From NCBI RefSeq assembly GCF_056746865.1, contig NZ_CM163382.1: a DNA stretch of 64,000 bases. One strand, given 5' to 3'. Made by a program: the position numbers and the translations under genes. Below are positions 31,974-44,235 of the stretch, one piece after another. Under the pieces are notes generated by a model that was not told the origin of the DNA, did not search any database, and worked only from the letters and a program-made list of their open reading frames with translations. The stretch's first letter is position 1, and each line of letters opens with the position of its first letter.

Positions 31974-32732
31974 ATGTCTGACTGGAACCCCTCTTTATAT
32001 CTGCACTTTGCCGCTGAACGATCGCGTCCGGCGGTGGAGCTGCTTGCCAGAGTGCCGCTGGAGAATGTCGAATATGTTGCCGATCTTGGCTGTGGCCCAG
32101 GTAACAGCACCGCCCTTCTACAACAACGTTGGCCTGCTGCCAGGATAACGGGCATCGACTCATCTCCGGCGATGGTTGCCGAAGCACGCAGTGCTTTGCC
32201 GGACTGCCTGTTTGTGGAAGCAGATATCCGCAACTGGCAACCGGAACAGGCACTCGATCTGATTTTTGCTAATGCCTCACTGCAATGGCTGCCCGACCAC
32301 TACGAATTGTTTCCTCATTTGGTTTCGTTACTCAGTCCGCTGGGCGTGCTGGCAGTACAGATGCCAGATAACTGGCTGGAGCCGACCCATGTGCTCATGC
32401 GCGAAGTTGCCTGGGAACAAAACTACCCGGATCGCGGGCGTGAGCCGCTGGCTGGCGTTCATGCTTACTACGATATTCTGAGTGAAGCCGGATGTGAGGT
32501 CGATATCTGGCGAACCACTTACTATCACCAGATGCCGTCGCACCAGGCGATTATCAATTGGGTGACCGCCACTGGATTACGTCCGTGGTTACAGGATCTG
32601 ACCGAGAGCGAACAGCAGCATTTTCTTACGCGCTACCATCAGATGCTGGAAGAGCAATATCCCCTCCAGGAGAACGGACAGATATTGCTGGCATTTCCGC
32701 GTCTGTTTATTGTTGCCCGCCGTACGGAGTAA
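31974..32732 (+). CDS. tam: trans-aconitate 2-methyltransferase
   Basis: 252-aa ORF with SAM-methyltransferase motif ([12 protein letters not shown]). Confidence 0.85.
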   Translation: MSDWNPSLYLHFAAERSRPAVELLARVPLENVEYVADLGCGPGNSTALLQQRWPAARITGIDSSPAMVAEARSALPDCLFVEADIRNWQPEQALDLIFANASLQWLPDHYELFPHLVSLLSPLGVLAVQMPDNWLEPTHVLMREVAWEQNYPDRGREPLAGVHAYYDILSEAGCEVDIWRTTYYHQMPSHQAIINWVTATGLRPWLQDLTESEQQHFLTRYHQMLEEQYPLQENGQILLAFPRLFIVARRTE

Positions 32733-32735
32733 TTA

Positions 32736-33650
32736 TCACGTCAGCTGGTAATGGCGATCGGGAAGAATTTTCGCTGGAATTTCTGTTTCATCGTTCATCT
32801 GTAACAGGTCAATTTCAATAGCGTTGCAGATGGCATCCAGCGGTAAATCATTGTTTTCAGTACCGAAGGGATCTTCCAGTTCTTCCGCCAGACAATCCAG
32901 CGAAATAAAAGTGTAGGAAATCAGCACAGAGATAAAAGGCGTCATGTAATGCAGATCCACGACCAGCGCGAACGGCAGCATGATACAAAACAGATAAACG
33001 GTACGATGCAAAATCAGGGTGTAGGCAAAGGGAATTGGCGTATAGGCAATGCGCTCGCAGCCTGCCAGAACCGCTGAAATATCATTAAGCCGATCGTTGA
33101 GGCTAATAAACAGGATATCTGAAAGCTGTCCATTGCGGCGCTGAACCGCCAACCACTCCCCCATTATTAACAAGATACGGTTAGCTGGAGAGTTCGAAGC
33201 CAGTACACGCTGAAGATCTTCCGTCTTGAGATATTGAGCCAGCACTTCCGCCTGTGGTTGTTTGCGTAATGTCATGCGTAAACAGTGAGCGAAGGCGATT
33301 TGCAGCCGGGCAAATTCCCTTACACTTGCCGAATCTGGCAATGTCGTTTTTACCTCCCGCAGTAACGACCGTGAGGCAATCATCAACTGCCCCCAAAGTT
33401 TTCGCGCTTCAACGTAACGGGCGTACCCGGCATTATTACGAAAACCAAGAAAAATGGCGATGGCGACACCGAGAATGCTGAACGGTGCGAGGGTGAATTT
33501 GATGCCCAGATGCGTGTACCAAGGCAGCATGAAAATAACAGCGATAGAAAAGAGAAAATTGAGTAGTAAGCGCGAGGATATCTTGGATAATACTGAGCCA
33601 TGCCAGACAAAAATACGGCGCAGCCAGTGTTGTTGTGGACGAACTATCAT
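32736..33650 (-). CDS. yneE: bestrophin-family membrane protein
   Basis: 304 aa from internal start MIVRPQQHWLRRIF… (ORF track has 17 extra codons); convergent with tam. Confidence 0.8.
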   Translation of the reverse strand: MIVRPQQHWLRRIFVWHGSVLSKISSRLLLNFLFSIAVIFMLPWYTHLGIKFTLAPFSILGVAIAIFLGFRNNAGYARYVEARKLWGQLMIASRSLLREVKTTLPDSASVREFARLQIAFAHCLRMTLRKQPQAEVLAQYLKTEDLQRVLASNSPANRILLIMGEWLAVQRRNGQLSDILFISLNDRLNDISAVLAGCERIAYTPIPFAYTLILHRTVYLFCIMLPFALVVDLHYMTPFISVLISYTFISLDCLAEELEDPFGTENNDLPLDAICNAIEIDLLQMNDETEIPAKILPDRHYQLT

Positions 33651-33846
33651 GGTTATCTTCAGGCGTGGAAAAGTCGCCCTATTAAACGTGATTACGATCA
33701 CATTCTCAAGACGCTACGTACAAATTACCTACAAGCTTACAACATTTACAGGTGTGGCATATGGCACCCGTTAATGATAAAGGCACATAGGATGTTGTAA
33801 CTAATATAGTGAAATAAGAAACCCGGTCGAAACCGGGTTCAGAGTA

Positions 33847-35298
33847 TTAGCACAACGGACGTACAGCTTCGCGCATTCCTTTTTCGAGAATCACATCCAG
33901 GTCATTAGCCACCTGCTCGACCAGACCAGGCACTTGCGTCAGGTCCTGCTCCCAGTGGTCTTTTTCTGCCAAAACAATCGCTACCAGTTCCTGGGTACCG
34001 ATAACACGGTCACGATGCTGACTCCAGAGTTGCTGATAACGTTCCAGCCAGTGTGCATCGTCCTGTACCGGATATGTTTCTCCGTTACGCTCACCACGAT
34101 AGAACGCAATCAATGCCGCTAATGCGAAAGTAAGGCGCGCCGGAAGTGTGCCGTTTGCCTTCTGCCCTGCCAGCAGCTGCGGCAGGATGCGGGTGCGGAA
34201 CTTGGTCATACCGTTGAGCGCGATAGACAGCAGCTGATGCTTAATGTACGGGTTACGGAAACGCCCGGTGACTGCACTGGCGAAAGATTCCAGTTCATCA
34301 CGAGGCAAATCCAGTACCGGAATAATTTCTTCGTAGATGGCTTTTTCAACGAATGCGCAAATTTCAGCATCGTTCATCGCTTCACCTACGGTATCCAGCC
34401 CTGCCTGGAACGCCACCGGCACCAGCGCGGTGTGCGCACCGTTGAGGATTGCCACTTTGCGTTCTTTATACGGTTTAATATCGTCAACAATCAGCACGTT
34501 GAGCGGATATTTGTCCAGGCGCAGCTCAGTCGCTAAGGATTTCGGCCCCTGAATCACAAACAGGTAAAAGTGTTCAGCGGTGTCGAGGAAACCATCGTGA
34601 TAACCCAGTTCTTCTTCCAGTTTAGCCACTTCATCGCGCGGATAACCGGTAACGATACGGTCCACCAGCGTAGAACAGAAGCTGTTAGCCTGATCCAGCC
34701 ATTGAATAAATGCTTCTGGCAGTGCCCACTCTTGCGCATAGCGCAGCACCAGTTCACGCAACGCGTCGCCATTGTAGTCAATCAACTCACACGGAATGAT
34801 GATCCAACCTTTATCCAGCGCACCGTTGAAATGGCTAAAGCGTTCGAACAGCAGACGGGTCAGTTTTGCCGGATAGCTTACCGCTGGTGCGTCATCGAAT
34901 TTATCGCCCGCATGGTAGCTGATCCCCGCTTCGGTGGTGTTAGAGAAAACAAAGCGCATTTCCGGGTTGTGCGCCAGTTTCAGGAATTCATCGTATTCAC
35001 TGTAGACGCTGATTTCACGATTAACCGAGCGAATCAGACGCGCGTCGCTGACCGCTTCCCCCTTCTCATTCAGGCCACGGATAATGGTGGTGTACAGACC
35101 ATCCTGCGTGCTCAGTGACGGCGGGAATGAAGTTTCAATCGGACGAACAACGACCACGCCAGAATTCAGATCGGTGTGCTCATTCAGGAGATCGATTTGC
35201 CAGTCAACAAAGGCGCGCAGGAAGTTACCTTCACCAAACTGAATGATACGTTCTGGATACTGTGCACCGGGAAAATCGCGACGATTTAGTGTTTTCAC
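33847..35298 (-). CDS. uxaB: altronate oxidoreductase (tagaturonate reductase)
   Basis: 483-aa ORF starting [30 protein letters not shown]… with GTG start. Confidence 0.9.
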   Translation of the reverse strand: MKTLNRRDFPGAQYPERIIQFGEGNFLRAFVDWQIDLLNEHTDLNSGVVVVRPIETSFPPSLSTQDGLYTTIIRGLNEKGEAVSDARLIRSVNREISVYSEYDEFLKLAHNPEMRFVFSNTTEAGISYHAGDKFDDAPAVSYPAKLTRLLFERFSHFNGALDKGWIIIPCELIDYNGDALRELVLRYAQEWALPEAFIQWLDQANSFCSTLVDRIVTGYPRDEVAKLEEELGYHDGFLDTAEHFYLFVIQGPKSLATELRLDKYPLNVLIVDDIKPYKERKVAILNGAHTALVPVAFQAGLDTVGEAMNDAEICAFVEKAIYEEIIPVLDLPRDELESFASAVTGRFRNPYIKHQLLSIALNGMTKFRTRILPQLLAGQKANGTLPARLTFALAALIAFYRGERNGETYPVQDDAHWLERYQQLWSQHRDRVIGTQELVAIVLAEKDHWEQDLTQVPGLVEQVANDLDVILEKGMREAVRPLC

Positions 35299-35325
35299 AA
35301 TGGGTTCCCTTCTGATTAGTCATAC

Positions 35326-35352
35326 AACCTGTTTGAATTGGTACGACAGGTT
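35326..35352. promoter_or_regulatory. 7-bp inverted repeat AACCTGT-N13-ACAGGTT upstream of uxaB
   Basis: Read from sequence about 30 bp upstream of uxaB start; possible repressor operator. Confidence 0.25.
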
Positions 35353-35524
35353 AGCAAACTTTAATACGCCGAACCCCTGTTTTGATCAACTCCTGATGAT
35401 TAATGAGCAGTTTTATGAGAAAAGTGTGGCGCGGATCATGGTTTAATCGAGGAAATACGCCTTTTCCTGGATCATAAAGTGGTAGAACACATTGCATTCA
35501 AATCGCGCGGAATGAATAAAGATG

Positions 35525-36943
35525 TCAGACAACTTCCTCACCGTAACGCATAGTGCTGGTACGGTTGCGCCCATCTTTCTTCGAGCGATACAGACACGTA
35601 TCGGCTTCGACCATCAATTTATTAAAATCATCGGTCAGCGTTCGGTACGATGCGCGACCACTACCGACGCCAATACTTACCGTGAGATAAAGCGTTTTTT
35701 GTTGCCAGGTGAACGGTTGCAGTTCAACGCCTTTACGGATTTTTTCCGCCATTAGCAGACCATCGACAGGATTCACCGACGGCACTGCAACAGCAAATTC
35801 TTCGCCGCCCATGCGCGCCACCAGCCCCTTATCACCGACAATCTTCTGAATATGCCGGGCAAACACGCTTAACACTTTATCGCCACATTCATGTCCATAG
35901 TTATCGTTAATGCTTTTGAAATAGTCAATATCAAGCAGCATGACCGTCAGATGTTGTGTCTGTTTCAGCGATGGACTTTTCAGCGCCTCATAAAGACCGG
36001 ACCGTGAGTAAACCTGAGTCAGAAAATCAAAGTCGGCTCGCAGCGCAACTTGCTTCATTAGCGAATTGATCGCTGCCACGCTAAAAGAAACCATAATTGG
36101 GCATATCGCCATCGTAGCAATACCGAGACGTGCGGAGAACATTTGCGGAATGGAGAACGGCGAACCGACCGAGATATCAATCACCGAATTTGCCACCAGT
36201 ACGATTTCCACCGCACCGGTGACAAAGGTCAACAGACATGTTACCTGCGGCGTATAGCGCACGGCACACCAGATTAATGCAGGCAGCGGGAACGCCAGAC
36301 TCCCCGCTCCGCCAATGACTACCGAGGCAATAACCGACACAATAAGCGCGATAGCGGGCATCATCTGTTCTGCTTTAAAGCGCGGCAGCACTCCCGGAAT
36401 AGCCAACGTCAGCATACAAGGCACGATCAACACGCCCGTTGAGAATTGCTCACTGAACCAGTCCGCAAGCAAAGGCCAGAAATCCAGACTATCAATACTG
36501 ACCGAACCAATCGCCCCGACAATAGCGCATAATAATGCGGCAATCAGACAGTAATTAAATAGCCGTAAGGCACTTACTGGCTCATACTTATTTTTCCCCA
36601 GACGCTTATCCCGCGCGACCAGAAAGGCGACGGTAACAATAAACATCATATTGGAGAAATTGATAGCCAGTGAAACCAGCCCCCATTCGGTGGTTATGGC
36701 ATCATAAACCAGCATCGCCACATAACTGATCGCATAGTAATGCAGTCGATTAAGCCAGACATAGCGGGCAAACACCCCCGCCATTACGCCATTCAGCGGC
36801 CAGAAAAGAGAAAGTTCGTGAACCAACCGTAACTCTGCACCAATAAAATAGAACAGCGTGGTTAGCGCAAAAATAGCGATGCTATTACGTAGCAGATGAC
36901 CTTCCTGGAACAAACGGAAAGTTGAAATGGGCTGTACATGCAT
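35525..36943 (-). CDS. dgcF: membrane-anchored diguanylate cyclase (GGDEF domain)
   Basis: 472-aa ORF; multi-pass hydrophobic N-terminal region and C-terminal GGDEF domain (…RMGGEEFAVAV…); true start may be internal. Confidence 0.8.
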   Translation of the reverse strand: MHVQPISTFRLFQEGHLLRNSIAIFALTTLFYFIGAELRLVHELSLFWPLNGVMAGVFARYVWLNRLHYYAISYVAMLVYDAITTEWGLVSLAINFSNMMFIVTVAFLVARDKRLGKNKYEPVSALRLFNYCLIAALLCAIVGAIGSVSIDSLDFWPLLADWFSEQFSTGVLIVPCMLTLAIPGVLPRFKAEQMMPAIALIVSVIASVVIGGAGSLAFPLPALIWCAVRYTPQVTCLLTFVTGAVEIVLVANSVIDISVGSPFSIPQMFSARLGIATMAICPIMVSFSVAAINSLMKQVALRADFDFLTQVYSRSGLYEALKSPSLKQTQHLTVMLLDIDYFKSINDNYGHECGDKVLSVFARHIQKIVGDKGLVARMGGEEFAVAVPSVNPVDGLLMAEKIRKGVELQPFTWQQKTLYLTVSIGVGSGRASYRTLTDDFNKLMVEADTCLYRSKKDGRNRTSTMRYGEEVV

Positions 36944-37081
36944 TAATTATCTGTCCATACAATTGCGGGTGGCAATTATCTCAACGTAATAAGTAAATTC
37001 TTATAAAGGATAGCATGTTCGCTGACAGCGGCGGCAAATAAAGATATCCTGGGAATGCTATTTTATCGTTTTCCGCAATTA

Positions 37082-37441
37082 TCATGGCTGATTCATCTGT
37101 ATAACCAACCAGTGATAGATTACCGCCACGATATAACGTTGTTGTTCCTCGCTTAACGAAACACCCTGCGGAATGTTATGCCACTTAGCCAGACAACCGC
37201 GACAACAGGTTGCAGTGGCGTGCTGAGCGATAAACACCGGATGCCCGCGCATGGGGGTTTGCTTACCGTCGTTAGCCGGTAATGCCGGAGCAAGACGTTT
37301 AGCGACAAAATCCGCCGCATGTTGTTCGATGACTGGCGCGCCTTTCTCCAGACAATACTGACGCTCTTTCACCCCCAAACGAAAGCGAGAGCGAAATTTT
37401 GAACGGAATAAACGCGCGAAGAGTGGATCGAGAGACTGCAT
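37082..37441 (-). CDS. yneG: YneG family protein (DUF4186-type, Cys-rich)
   Basis: 119-aa ORF immediately downstream of glsB. Confidence 0.75.
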   Translation of the reverse strand: MQSLDPLFARLFRSKFRSRFRLGVKERQYCLEKGAPVIEQHAADFVAKRLAPALPANDGKQTPMRGHPVFIAQHATATCCRGCLAKWHNIPQGVSLSEEQQRYIVAVIYHWLVIQMNQP

Positions 37442-38367
37442 TAATAAACCGAACGCCCTAACTGTTTCGTCAATTGTTCAAGGACGGCGATACCCGCGAG
37501 CGAGTTACCTGCATCATCCAGTTCCGGACTCCAGACTGCGATGGCCATTTCATGCGGAACAATCGCCACAATACCGCCACCAACGCCAGATTTCGCCGGT
37601 AGTCCCACCCGCCAGGCAAACTCCCCCGCGTTCTGGTACATACCACTGGTCGCCATCAGCGCATTAATTTGCCGCGCCTGCATTGGCGTCACCACAGGTT
37701 CATCAATATGAATAGCTTTCCCCTGATTAGCCAGAAAGACAAACGTCCGGGCCAGCTCTACACAGCTCATTTTCAGAGCGCAGTAATGAAAGTAGTTTTG
37801 CAGAACGGTTGTCACGTCATGATGGAAATTGCCAAACGACTTCATCAGCCAGGCGATAGCCGCATTTCGCGCGGAGTGTTCAAATTCGGAACGCGCTACC
37901 ACCGTATCGTAGGAAATATCAGACACACCGCTTAAGCCGCGCACGACTTCCAGCATACGTTGCCGAGGAGCGCTTAATCGCCCTTGCAACATATCGCAGA
38001 CCACCAGCGCACCGGCATTAATAAACGGATTACGCGGAATACCCTGCTCCATTTCCAGTTGCACTAAAGAATTGAACGGTGATCCAGACGGATCTTTGCC
38101 GACGCGTTGCCAGATTTCCTCTTCGGAGTAATGACGCATGGCGACAACGAGACTCAGCACTTTGGAAATAGACTGAATGGAAAAACGTTCTTGTGCGTCT
38201 CCGGCCTGAAAAAGCTGTCCGTCAACGGTACAGATAGCAATGCCCAATCGGGAACCGTCTACTGTAGCCAGCGCCGGAATATAATTCGCGACTTTACCCT
38301 GACCAATGAGCGGCCGTACTTGCCGCAAGATGTTTTCTAAAATTGCATTATCCATGGCGACTGCCAC
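37441..38367 (-). CDS. glsB: glutaminase 2
   Basis: 308-aa ORF with serine-dependent glutaminase pattern (…[12 protein letters not shown]…). Confidence 0.9.
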   Translation of the reverse strand: MAVAMDNAILENILRQVRPLIGQGKVANYIPALATVDGSRLGIAICTVDGQLFQAGDAQERFSIQSISKVLSLVVAMRHYSEEEIWQRVGKDPSGSPFNSLVQLEMEQGIPRNPFINAGALVVCDMLQGRLSAPRQRMLEVVRGLSGVSDISYDTVVARSEFEHSARNAAIAWLMKSFGNFHHDVTTVLQNYFHYCALKMSCVELARTFVFLANQGKAIHIDEPVVTPMQARQINALMATSGMYQNAGEFAWRVGLPAKSGVGGGIVAIVPHEMAIAVWSPELDDAGNSLAGIAVLEQLTKQLGRSVY

Positions 38368-38430
38368 TTTCTACTCCTGGACCGCAGGTCTGAAAAGACC
38401 TGCGAGTATATCAGAGCTGAATATGTAGCG

Positions 38431-39819
38431 TCAGATCCGGTCTTTCCACACCGTCTGGATATTACAGAATTCGTGTAAGCCGAAATGGGAAAGCTCACGA
38501 CCAAAGCCACTCTTTTTCACGCCACCAAAGGCCACTCGCGCGTCGCTGGCACAATAACCATTGATAAACACCCCACCGCATTCCAGACGTGCCGCCATCT
38601 GTCTGGCCCGGGTTTCGTCGGTGGTGAAAATGGTCGCTGAAAGGCCGAACTCGCTATTATTAGCCAGTTCCAGTGCATGTTCTGCATCTTTCGCAATGGT
38701 GATTGCCGCAACGGGGCCAAACATTTCTTCCCGAAACGCGGTCATTTCTGGGGTAACATTCGCCAGAACCGTTGGCGGATAGTAGTTACCTGCCCCAGCC
38801 ATCTTTTCCCCGCCCAGTAACAAACGCGCACCCTGCGCCAGGGTTTTCTCCACCTGATGATGCAGCTCATCACGTAAATCAAAACGAGCCATTGGTCCGA
38901 GAGTGTTCTCTTCGTCACGTGGATCGCCCATTTTCAAGGCTGCCGCAGCTGCCACAAAACGTTCGGTAAATGCCGAAGCAATTCCCTCTTCGATGATAAA
39001 GCGTTTTGCCGCTGCACAAACCTGTCCGGTATTCTGATAACGTCCGGCTACCGCCGCTTTAACCGCCAGTTCCAGATCGGCATCGTTAAGCACAATAAAT
39101 GGATCCGAACCGCCCAGTTCCAGTACGCATTTTTTCAGTGCCGCTCCAGCCTGTGCGCCAATAGCCGCTCCCGCACGAACACTTCCGGTCACCGTGACAG
39201 CAGCAATGCGCGAGTCTTTAATCATCTGACTGACGCCGTCGTTGTCGGCATTCAGCCAGCCATATACGCCTTGTGGGATACCCGCATCTTTAAACACCTG
39301 GGCAATGAGCTGTGCACAGCCCATCACATTCGGCGCATGTTTAAGTAAGTAGCCGTTACCTGCAAGAATGATGGGAACCGCGCCACGCATCACCTGCCAT
39401 AATGGAAAATTCCACGGCATAATCGCCAGAATTGTCCCCAACGGTCGATACTCAATAACTGCCTGCTGATTTTCCACCAGCGTAGGTTCCGCCTTCAGCA
39501 TTGCCGGACCATGTTCTGCATACCAGTCACACAAATTCGCCGATTTCGCCACTTCAGCACGCGCCTGGTTGATCGGTTTGCCCATTTCACGGGTGATCAT
39601 TTGCGCCATTTCTTCGCTACGGGCGCGCAGAGCCTTACCGATATCACGCAGTTTTTCAGCACGATAATCTATATTTGTCTCGCGCCAGTCGCGAAAGCCT
39701 GCTGCCGCCAGCTGAAGTGCGTTTTCGATATCATCAGCGCCAGCCCACGGCAGCACAGAAAGTTGTTCACCGGTGGCAGGATTTATCGAAATTGCATGAG
39801 TTGCCGGAGTAATGGTCAT
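38431..39819 (-). CDS. sad: NAD-dependent succinate-semialdehyde dehydrogenase
   Basis: 462-aa ORF with aldehyde dehydrogenase motifs (…ELGGSDP… catalytic Cys region). Confidence 0.9.
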   Translation of the reverse strand: MTITPATHAISINPATGEQLSVLPWAGADDIENALQLAAAGFRDWRETNIDYRAEKLRDIGKALRARSEEMAQMITREMGKPINQARAEVAKSANLCDWYAEHGPAMLKAEPTLVENQQAVIEYRPLGTILAIMPWNFPLWQVMRGAVPIILAGNGYLLKHAPNVMGCAQLIAQVFKDAGIPQGVYGWLNADNDGVSQMIKDSRIAAVTVTGSVRAGAAIGAQAGAALKKCVLELGGSDPFIVLNDADLELAVKAAVAGRYQNTGQVCAAAKRFIIEEGIASAFTERFVAAAAALKMGDPRDEENTLGPMARFDLRDELHHQVEKTLAQGARLLLGGEKMAGAGNYYPPTVLANVTPEMTAFREEMFGPVAAITIAKDAEHALELANNSEFGLSATIFTTDETRARQMAARLECGGVFINGYCASDARVAFGGVKKSGFGRELSHFGLHEFCNIQTVWKDRI

Positions 39820-39919
39820 CGGGGTATCTCCTTTATGAGTTATGGTAAAAAGATACGCAGATTTACTCTTGCTTGAAAATGAATAATATTAAGCCACTTA
39901 TTCATGAATCGAGAATATT

Positions 39920-40795
39920 ATGGATCTGACCCAACTGGAGATGTTCAACGCGGTTGCCGAAGCTGGCAGCATTACCCAGGCTGCAGCAAAAGTGCATCGC
40001 GTGCCGTCGAATCTCACTACCCGTCTACGCCAGCTGGAAACAGAACTGGGGGTTGATCTGTTTATTCGCGAGAATCAGCGTTTACGTCTCTCGCCTGCCG
40101 GGCATAACTTTTTACGCTATAGCCAACAAATTCTCGCGTTAGTGGATGAAGCGCGGAGCGTTGTCGCTGGCGATGAGCCGCAAGGTTTATTTTCTCTTGG
40201 TTCGCTGGAAAGCACCGCAGCGGTGCGCATTCCGGCCACGCTGGCGCAATTTAACCGTCGTTATCCCAAAATTCAGTTTTCACTTTCCACCGGCCCTTCC
40301 GGCACTATGCTGGAAGGTGTGCTGGAGGGAAAACTGAATGCAGCGTTTATTGATGGGCCCATTAACCATACTGCCATTGACGGGATACCGGTGTACCGCG
40401 AGGAGCTGATGATCGTCACGCCACAAGGACATGCGCCAGTAACCCGCGCCAGTCAGGTTAATGGCAGTAACATTTATGCCTTCCGCGCCAATTGTTCGTA
40501 TCGTCGCCACTTCGAGAGCTGGTTTCATGCTGACGGTGCCGCTCCGGGAACTATCCATGAGATGGAGTCTTATCACGGAATGTTGGCCTGTGTGGTCGCA
40601 GGAGCAGGTATTGCGCTTATTCCGCGCTCTATGCTGGAAAGTATGCCGGGGCATCACCAGGTTGAGGCGTGGCCGTTAGCTGAGCAATGGCGTTGGTTAA
40701 CAACCTGGCTGGTCTGGCGTCGCGGTGCGAAAACGCGTCCGCTTGAGGCATTTATTCAACTACTGGATGTGTCTGACTCGGCAAAACAGAGTTAG
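39920..40795 (+). CDS. yneJ: LysR-family transcriptional regulator divergent from sad
   Basis: 291-aa ORF with LysR HTH (…[31 protein letters not shown]…). Confidence 0.85.
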   Translation: MDLTQLEMFNAVAEAGSITQAAAKVHRVPSNLTTRLRQLETELGVDLFIRENQRLRLSPAGHNFLRYSQQILALVDEARSVVAGDEPQGLFSLGSLESTAAVRIPATLAQFNRRYPKIQFSLSTGPSGTMLEGVLEGKLNAAFIDGPINHTAIDGIPVYREELMIVTPQGHAPVTRASQVNGSNIYAFRANCSYRRHFESWFHADGAAPGTIHEMESYHGMLACVVAGAGIALIPRSMLESMPGHHQVEAWPLAEQWRWLTTWLVWRRGAKTRPLEAFIQLLDVSDSAKQS

Positions 40796-40878
40796 CAATG
40801 AGCTATTTTTGATAGTTCTTGCGGCTAATATGCTCTATATAGTGATGTTCCGATGACTTATGACTATATGGGGCAAAT

Positions 40879-41994
40879 ATGGTTACGCCAGTAAGCATCA
40901 GCAATTACATATCTCTTCCTGATGATTTTCCCGTACGTAATATTGCACCACAGGTAAAAGAAGTTTTAAAGGATTTCATTGATGCACTCAGTACAATAAT
41001 ATGTGATGAAGAGTGGCGTACGTCTTTAAACATCAACTCAGCCACAAAAAAGATATTTAATAACCTTGACAACTTATCATATATTCAGAGGACTTCTTTT
41101 CGGGGTAACGACACGCTATACAATGAAAAGGTTCAGTTTAAACTCACTTATCCCGTCAAGAATGGAAGACACAAAGAAAATATTGAATTTCAGGTAGTAA
41201 TAAATTTAAGCCCTATTTATTTAGATAATTTCCGCCATGATGGGGAAATTAATATTTTTTGCGCTCCCAACCCAAAGCCTGTCACTATGGGGCGCGTATT
41301 TCAGACCGGCGTCGAGCGTGTACTCTTTCTGTTCCTGAATGACTTTATAGAACAATTTCCAATAATCAACCCTGGCGTTCCTATCAAAAGAGCGCATACG
41401 CCACATATTGAACCCCTGCATCCGGATCACCATACCGCTGCAGATTACTTACGCCAGTTTGATTTGCTTGTCCTGAATTTTATCTCTCGCGGTAATTTTG
41501 TCATACTCCCCCGATTATGGAATAACTCTGAGGTTCACAGATGGTTCGGGAATAAAGAACCTAACTTGCTCACCGCTATTCTCGACATAACGGACAGCGA
41601 ATTAAAAGAGGATTTATTGCAAAGTCTGATGGATTCACTAGGTTCTAACAAACATGTACTACCCGAAGTCTGCATCTGCTTTTTATCCCTTTTAGCAGAA
41701 CAAGATTTTCCACATTTTCAGGACTTGTTTTTATTTTTCGCCAATATGTTATTGCACTATCACCAATTTATGAATCCCAATGAAAGTGATTTGATTGACG
41801 TGTTGATGCCAGCATCATTAAGTGATGATAAAATTATCAAACATATGGCGCGCAAGACCCTCAAACTTTTTGTAAAAAATGAAACGCCGCCAAAAGTTAC
41901 TCATGAAGACCTGGTGAAAAACAGGCCTCGCTCCCCTGTCAGACCACCTATACCCGCAACCTCCAAAACGCCAGACCTCCCTGAACGTCATTAA
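40879..41994 (+). CDS. yneK: uncharacterized protein, AT-rich gene
   Basis: 371-aa ORF, no recognisable motifs, visibly lower GC than neighbours. Confidence 0.7.
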   Translation: MVTPVSISNYISLPDDFPVRNIAPQVKEVLKDFIDALSTIICDEEWRTSLNINSATKKIFNNLDNLSYIQRTSFRGNDTLYNEKVQFKLTYPVKNGRHKENIEFQVVINLSPIYLDNFRHDGEINIFCAPNPKPVTMGRVFQTGVERVLFLFLNDFIEQFPIINPGVPIKRAHTPHIEPLHPDHHTAADYLRQFDLLVLNFISRGNFVILPRLWNNSEVHRWFGNKEPNLLTAILDITDSELKEDLLQSLMDSLGSNKHVLPEVCICFLSLLAEQDFPHFQDLFLFFANMLLHYHQFMNPNESDLIDVLMPASLSDDKIIKHMARKTLKLFVKNETPPKVTHEDLVKNRPRSPVRPPIPATSKTPDLPERH

Positions 41995-42012
41995 ACCGTG
42001 ATGTGACCGACT

Positions 42013-42042
42013 CTCTGACGCGTGAACGAATCAGCGTCAGAG
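42013..42042. other. 9-bp perfect inverted repeat CTCTGACGC-N12-GCGTCAGAG downstream of yneK
   Basis: Read from sequence; hairpin without U tract. Confidence 0.5.
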
Positions 42043-42143
42043 AAACGGAAAACGCGATCCAGATCACAAATGCATTGTATTCACATCATTAACCGTTTTA
42101 AGATCATTTCATCACTTTTTCGCAACTCACCCGATAATCTGTT

Positions 42144-43334
42144 ATGACAACAAACACTGTTTCCCGCAAAGTGGCGTGGCTACGGGTCGTTACGCTGGCA
42201 GTCGCCGCCTTCATCTTCAACACCACCGAATTTGTCCCAGTTGGCCTGCTCTCTGACATTGCGCAAAGTTTTCACATGCAAACCGCTCAGGTCGGCATTA
42301 TGTTGACCATTTACGCATGGGTAGTAGCGCTAATGTCATTGCCTTTTATGTTAATGACCAGCCAGGTTGAACGGCGCAAATTACTGATCTGCCTGTTTGT
42401 GGTGTTTATTGCCAGCCACGTACTGTCGTTTTTGTCGTGGAGCTTTACCGTTCTAGTGATCAGTCGCATTGGTGTGGCTTTTGCACATGCGATTTTCTGG
42501 TCGATTACGGCGTCTCTGGCGATCCGTATGGCTCCGGCCGGAAAGCGAGCGCAGGCATTGAGTTTAATTGCCACCGGTACAGCACTGGCAATGGTATTAG
42601 GTTTACCTCTCGGGCGCATTGTGGGGCAGTATTTTGGCTGGCGAATGACCTTCTTCGCGATTGGTATCGGGGCGTTTATTACCCTTTTGTGCCTGATTAA
42701 GTTACTTCCCTTACTGCCCAGTGAGCATTCCGGTTCGCTGAAAAGCCTACCGCTATTATTCCGCCGCCCGGCATTGATGAGCATTTATTTGTTAACTGTG
42801 GTGGTTGTCACCGCCCATTACACGGCATACAGCTATATCGAGCCTTTTGTGCAAAACATTGCGGGATTCAGCGCCAACTTTGCCACGGCATTACTGTTAT
42901 TACTCGGTGGTGCGGGCATTATTGGCAGCGTGATTTTCGGTAAACTGGGTAATCAGTATGCGTCTGCGTTGGTAAGTACGGCGATTGCGCTGTTGCTGGT
43001 GTGCCTGGCACTGCTGCTACCTGCGGCGAACAGTGAAATACACCTCGGGGTGCTGAGTATTTTCTGGGGGATAGCGATGATGATCATCGGGCTTGGTATG
43101 CAGGTTAAAGTGCTGGCGCTGGCACCAGATGCTACCGACGTCGCGATGGCGCTATTCTCTGGGATATTTAATATTGGAATCGGCGCGGGTGCGTTGGTAG
43201 GTAATCAGGTCAGTCTGCACTGGTCAATGTCGATGATTGGTTATGTGGGCGCGGTGCCTGCTTTTGCCGCGTTAATATGGTCAATCATCATTTTCCGCCG
43301 CTGGCCAGTGACACTCGAAGAACAGACGCAATAG
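42144..43334 (+). CDS. ydeA: MFS sugar efflux transporter
   Basis: 396-aa 12-TM-like ORF. Confidence 0.85.
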   Translation: MTTNTVSRKVAWLRVVTLAVAAFIFNTTEFVPVGLLSDIAQSFHMQTAQVGIMLTIYAWVVALMSLPFMLMTSQVERRKLLICLFVVFIASHVLSFLSWSFTVLVISRIGVAFAHAIFWSITASLAIRMAPAGKRAQALSLIATGTALAMVLGLPLGRIVGQYFGWRMTFFAIGIGAFITLLCLIKLLPLLPSEHSGSLKSLPLLFRRPALMSIYLLTVVVVTAHYTAYSYIEPFVQNIAGFSANFATALLLLLGGAGIIGSVIFGKLGNQYASALVSTAIALLLVCLALLLPAANSEIHLGVLSIFWGIAMMIIGLGMQVKVLALAPDATDVAMALFSGIFNIGIGAGALVGNQVSLHWSMSMIGYVGAVPAFAALIWSIIIFRRWPVTLEEQTQ

Positions 43335-43337
43335 TTG

Positions 43338-43360
43338 AAAGGCCCATTCGGGCCTTTTTT
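43338..43360 (+). terminator. Rho-independent terminator after ydeA
   Basis: GGCCC-attc-GGGCC stem followed by TTTTTT. Confidence 0.7.
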
Positions 43361-44024
43361 AGTGGTACGTTTTAATGATTTCCAGGATGCCGTTAATAAT
43401 AAACTGCACCCCCATACATACCAGCAGGAATCCCATCAGACGAGAGATCGCTTCAATGCCCCCCTTACCCACCAGCCGCATAATTGCGCCAGAGCTGCGT
43501 AGACTTCCCCACAAAATAACCGCCACCAGGAAAAAGATCAGCGGCGGCGCAACCATCAGTACCCAATCAGCAAAGGTTGAACTCTGACGCACTGTGGACG
43601 CCGAGCTAATAATCATCGCTATGGTTCCCGGACCGGCGGTACTTGGCATTGCCAGTGGTACAAAAGCAATATTGGCGCTGGGTTCATCTTCCAGCTCTTC
43701 CGACTTGCTTTTCGCTTCCGGTGAATCAATTGCTTTCTGTTGCGGAAAGAGCATTCGAAAACCGATAAACGCGACGATTAAGCCGCCTGCAATTCGCAGA
43801 CCGGGAATCGAAATGCCAAATGTATCCATCACCAGTTGCCCGGCGTAATACGCCACCATCATGATGGCAAAGACGTACACCGAGGCCATCAACGACTGAC
43901 GATTACGTTCGGCACTGTTCATGTTGCCTGCCAGGCCAAGAAATAACGCGACAGTTGTTAATGGGTTAGCTAACGGTAGTAACACCACCAGCCCCAGGCC
44001 AATTGCTTTAAATAAATCTAACAT
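43359..44024 (-). CDS. marC: MarC-family inner-membrane protein
   Basis: 221-aa hydrophobic ORF divergent from marRAB. Confidence 0.85.
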   Translation of the reverse strand: MLDLFKAIGLGLVVLLPLANPLTTVALFLGLAGNMNSAERNRQSLMASVYVFAIMMVAYYAGQLVMDTFGISIPGLRIAGGLIVAFIGFRMLFPQQKAIDSPEAKSKSEELEDEPSANIAFVPLAMPSTAGPGTIAMIISSASTVRQSSTFADWVLMVAPPLIFFLVAVILWGSLRSSGAIMRLVGKGGIEAISRLMGFLLVCMGVQFIINGILEIIKTYH

Positions 44025-44136
44025 TGGTGGTTGTTATCCTGTGTATCTGGGTTATCAGCGAAAAGTATAAGGGGTAAACAACGATAAAGTGTCACTCTTT
44101 AGCTAGCCTTGCATCGCACTGACCAAAACTTGAACC

Positions 44137-44234
44137 GATTTAGCAAAACGTGGCATCGGTCAATTCATTCATTTGACTTATACTTGCCTGGGCAATATTA
44201 TCCCCTGCAACTAATTACTTGCCAGGGCAACTAA
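44137..44234 (+). promoter_or_regulatory. marO: marbox, -35/-10 and two MarR operator palindromes
   Basis: Marbox GATTTAGCAAAACGTGGCAT (44137-44156); -35 TTGACT 44173-44178; MarR site I TACTTGCCTGGGCAATATTA 44181-44200 overlapping -10 TATTAT; site II TACTTGCCAGGGCAACTAA 44216-44234. Confidence 0.85.
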
Positions 44235-44235
44235 T

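Noticed and set aside
34570-35118. 182-codon plus-strand ORF inside uxaB
   Set aside because: Antisense to an intact, recognisable uxaB; no RBS
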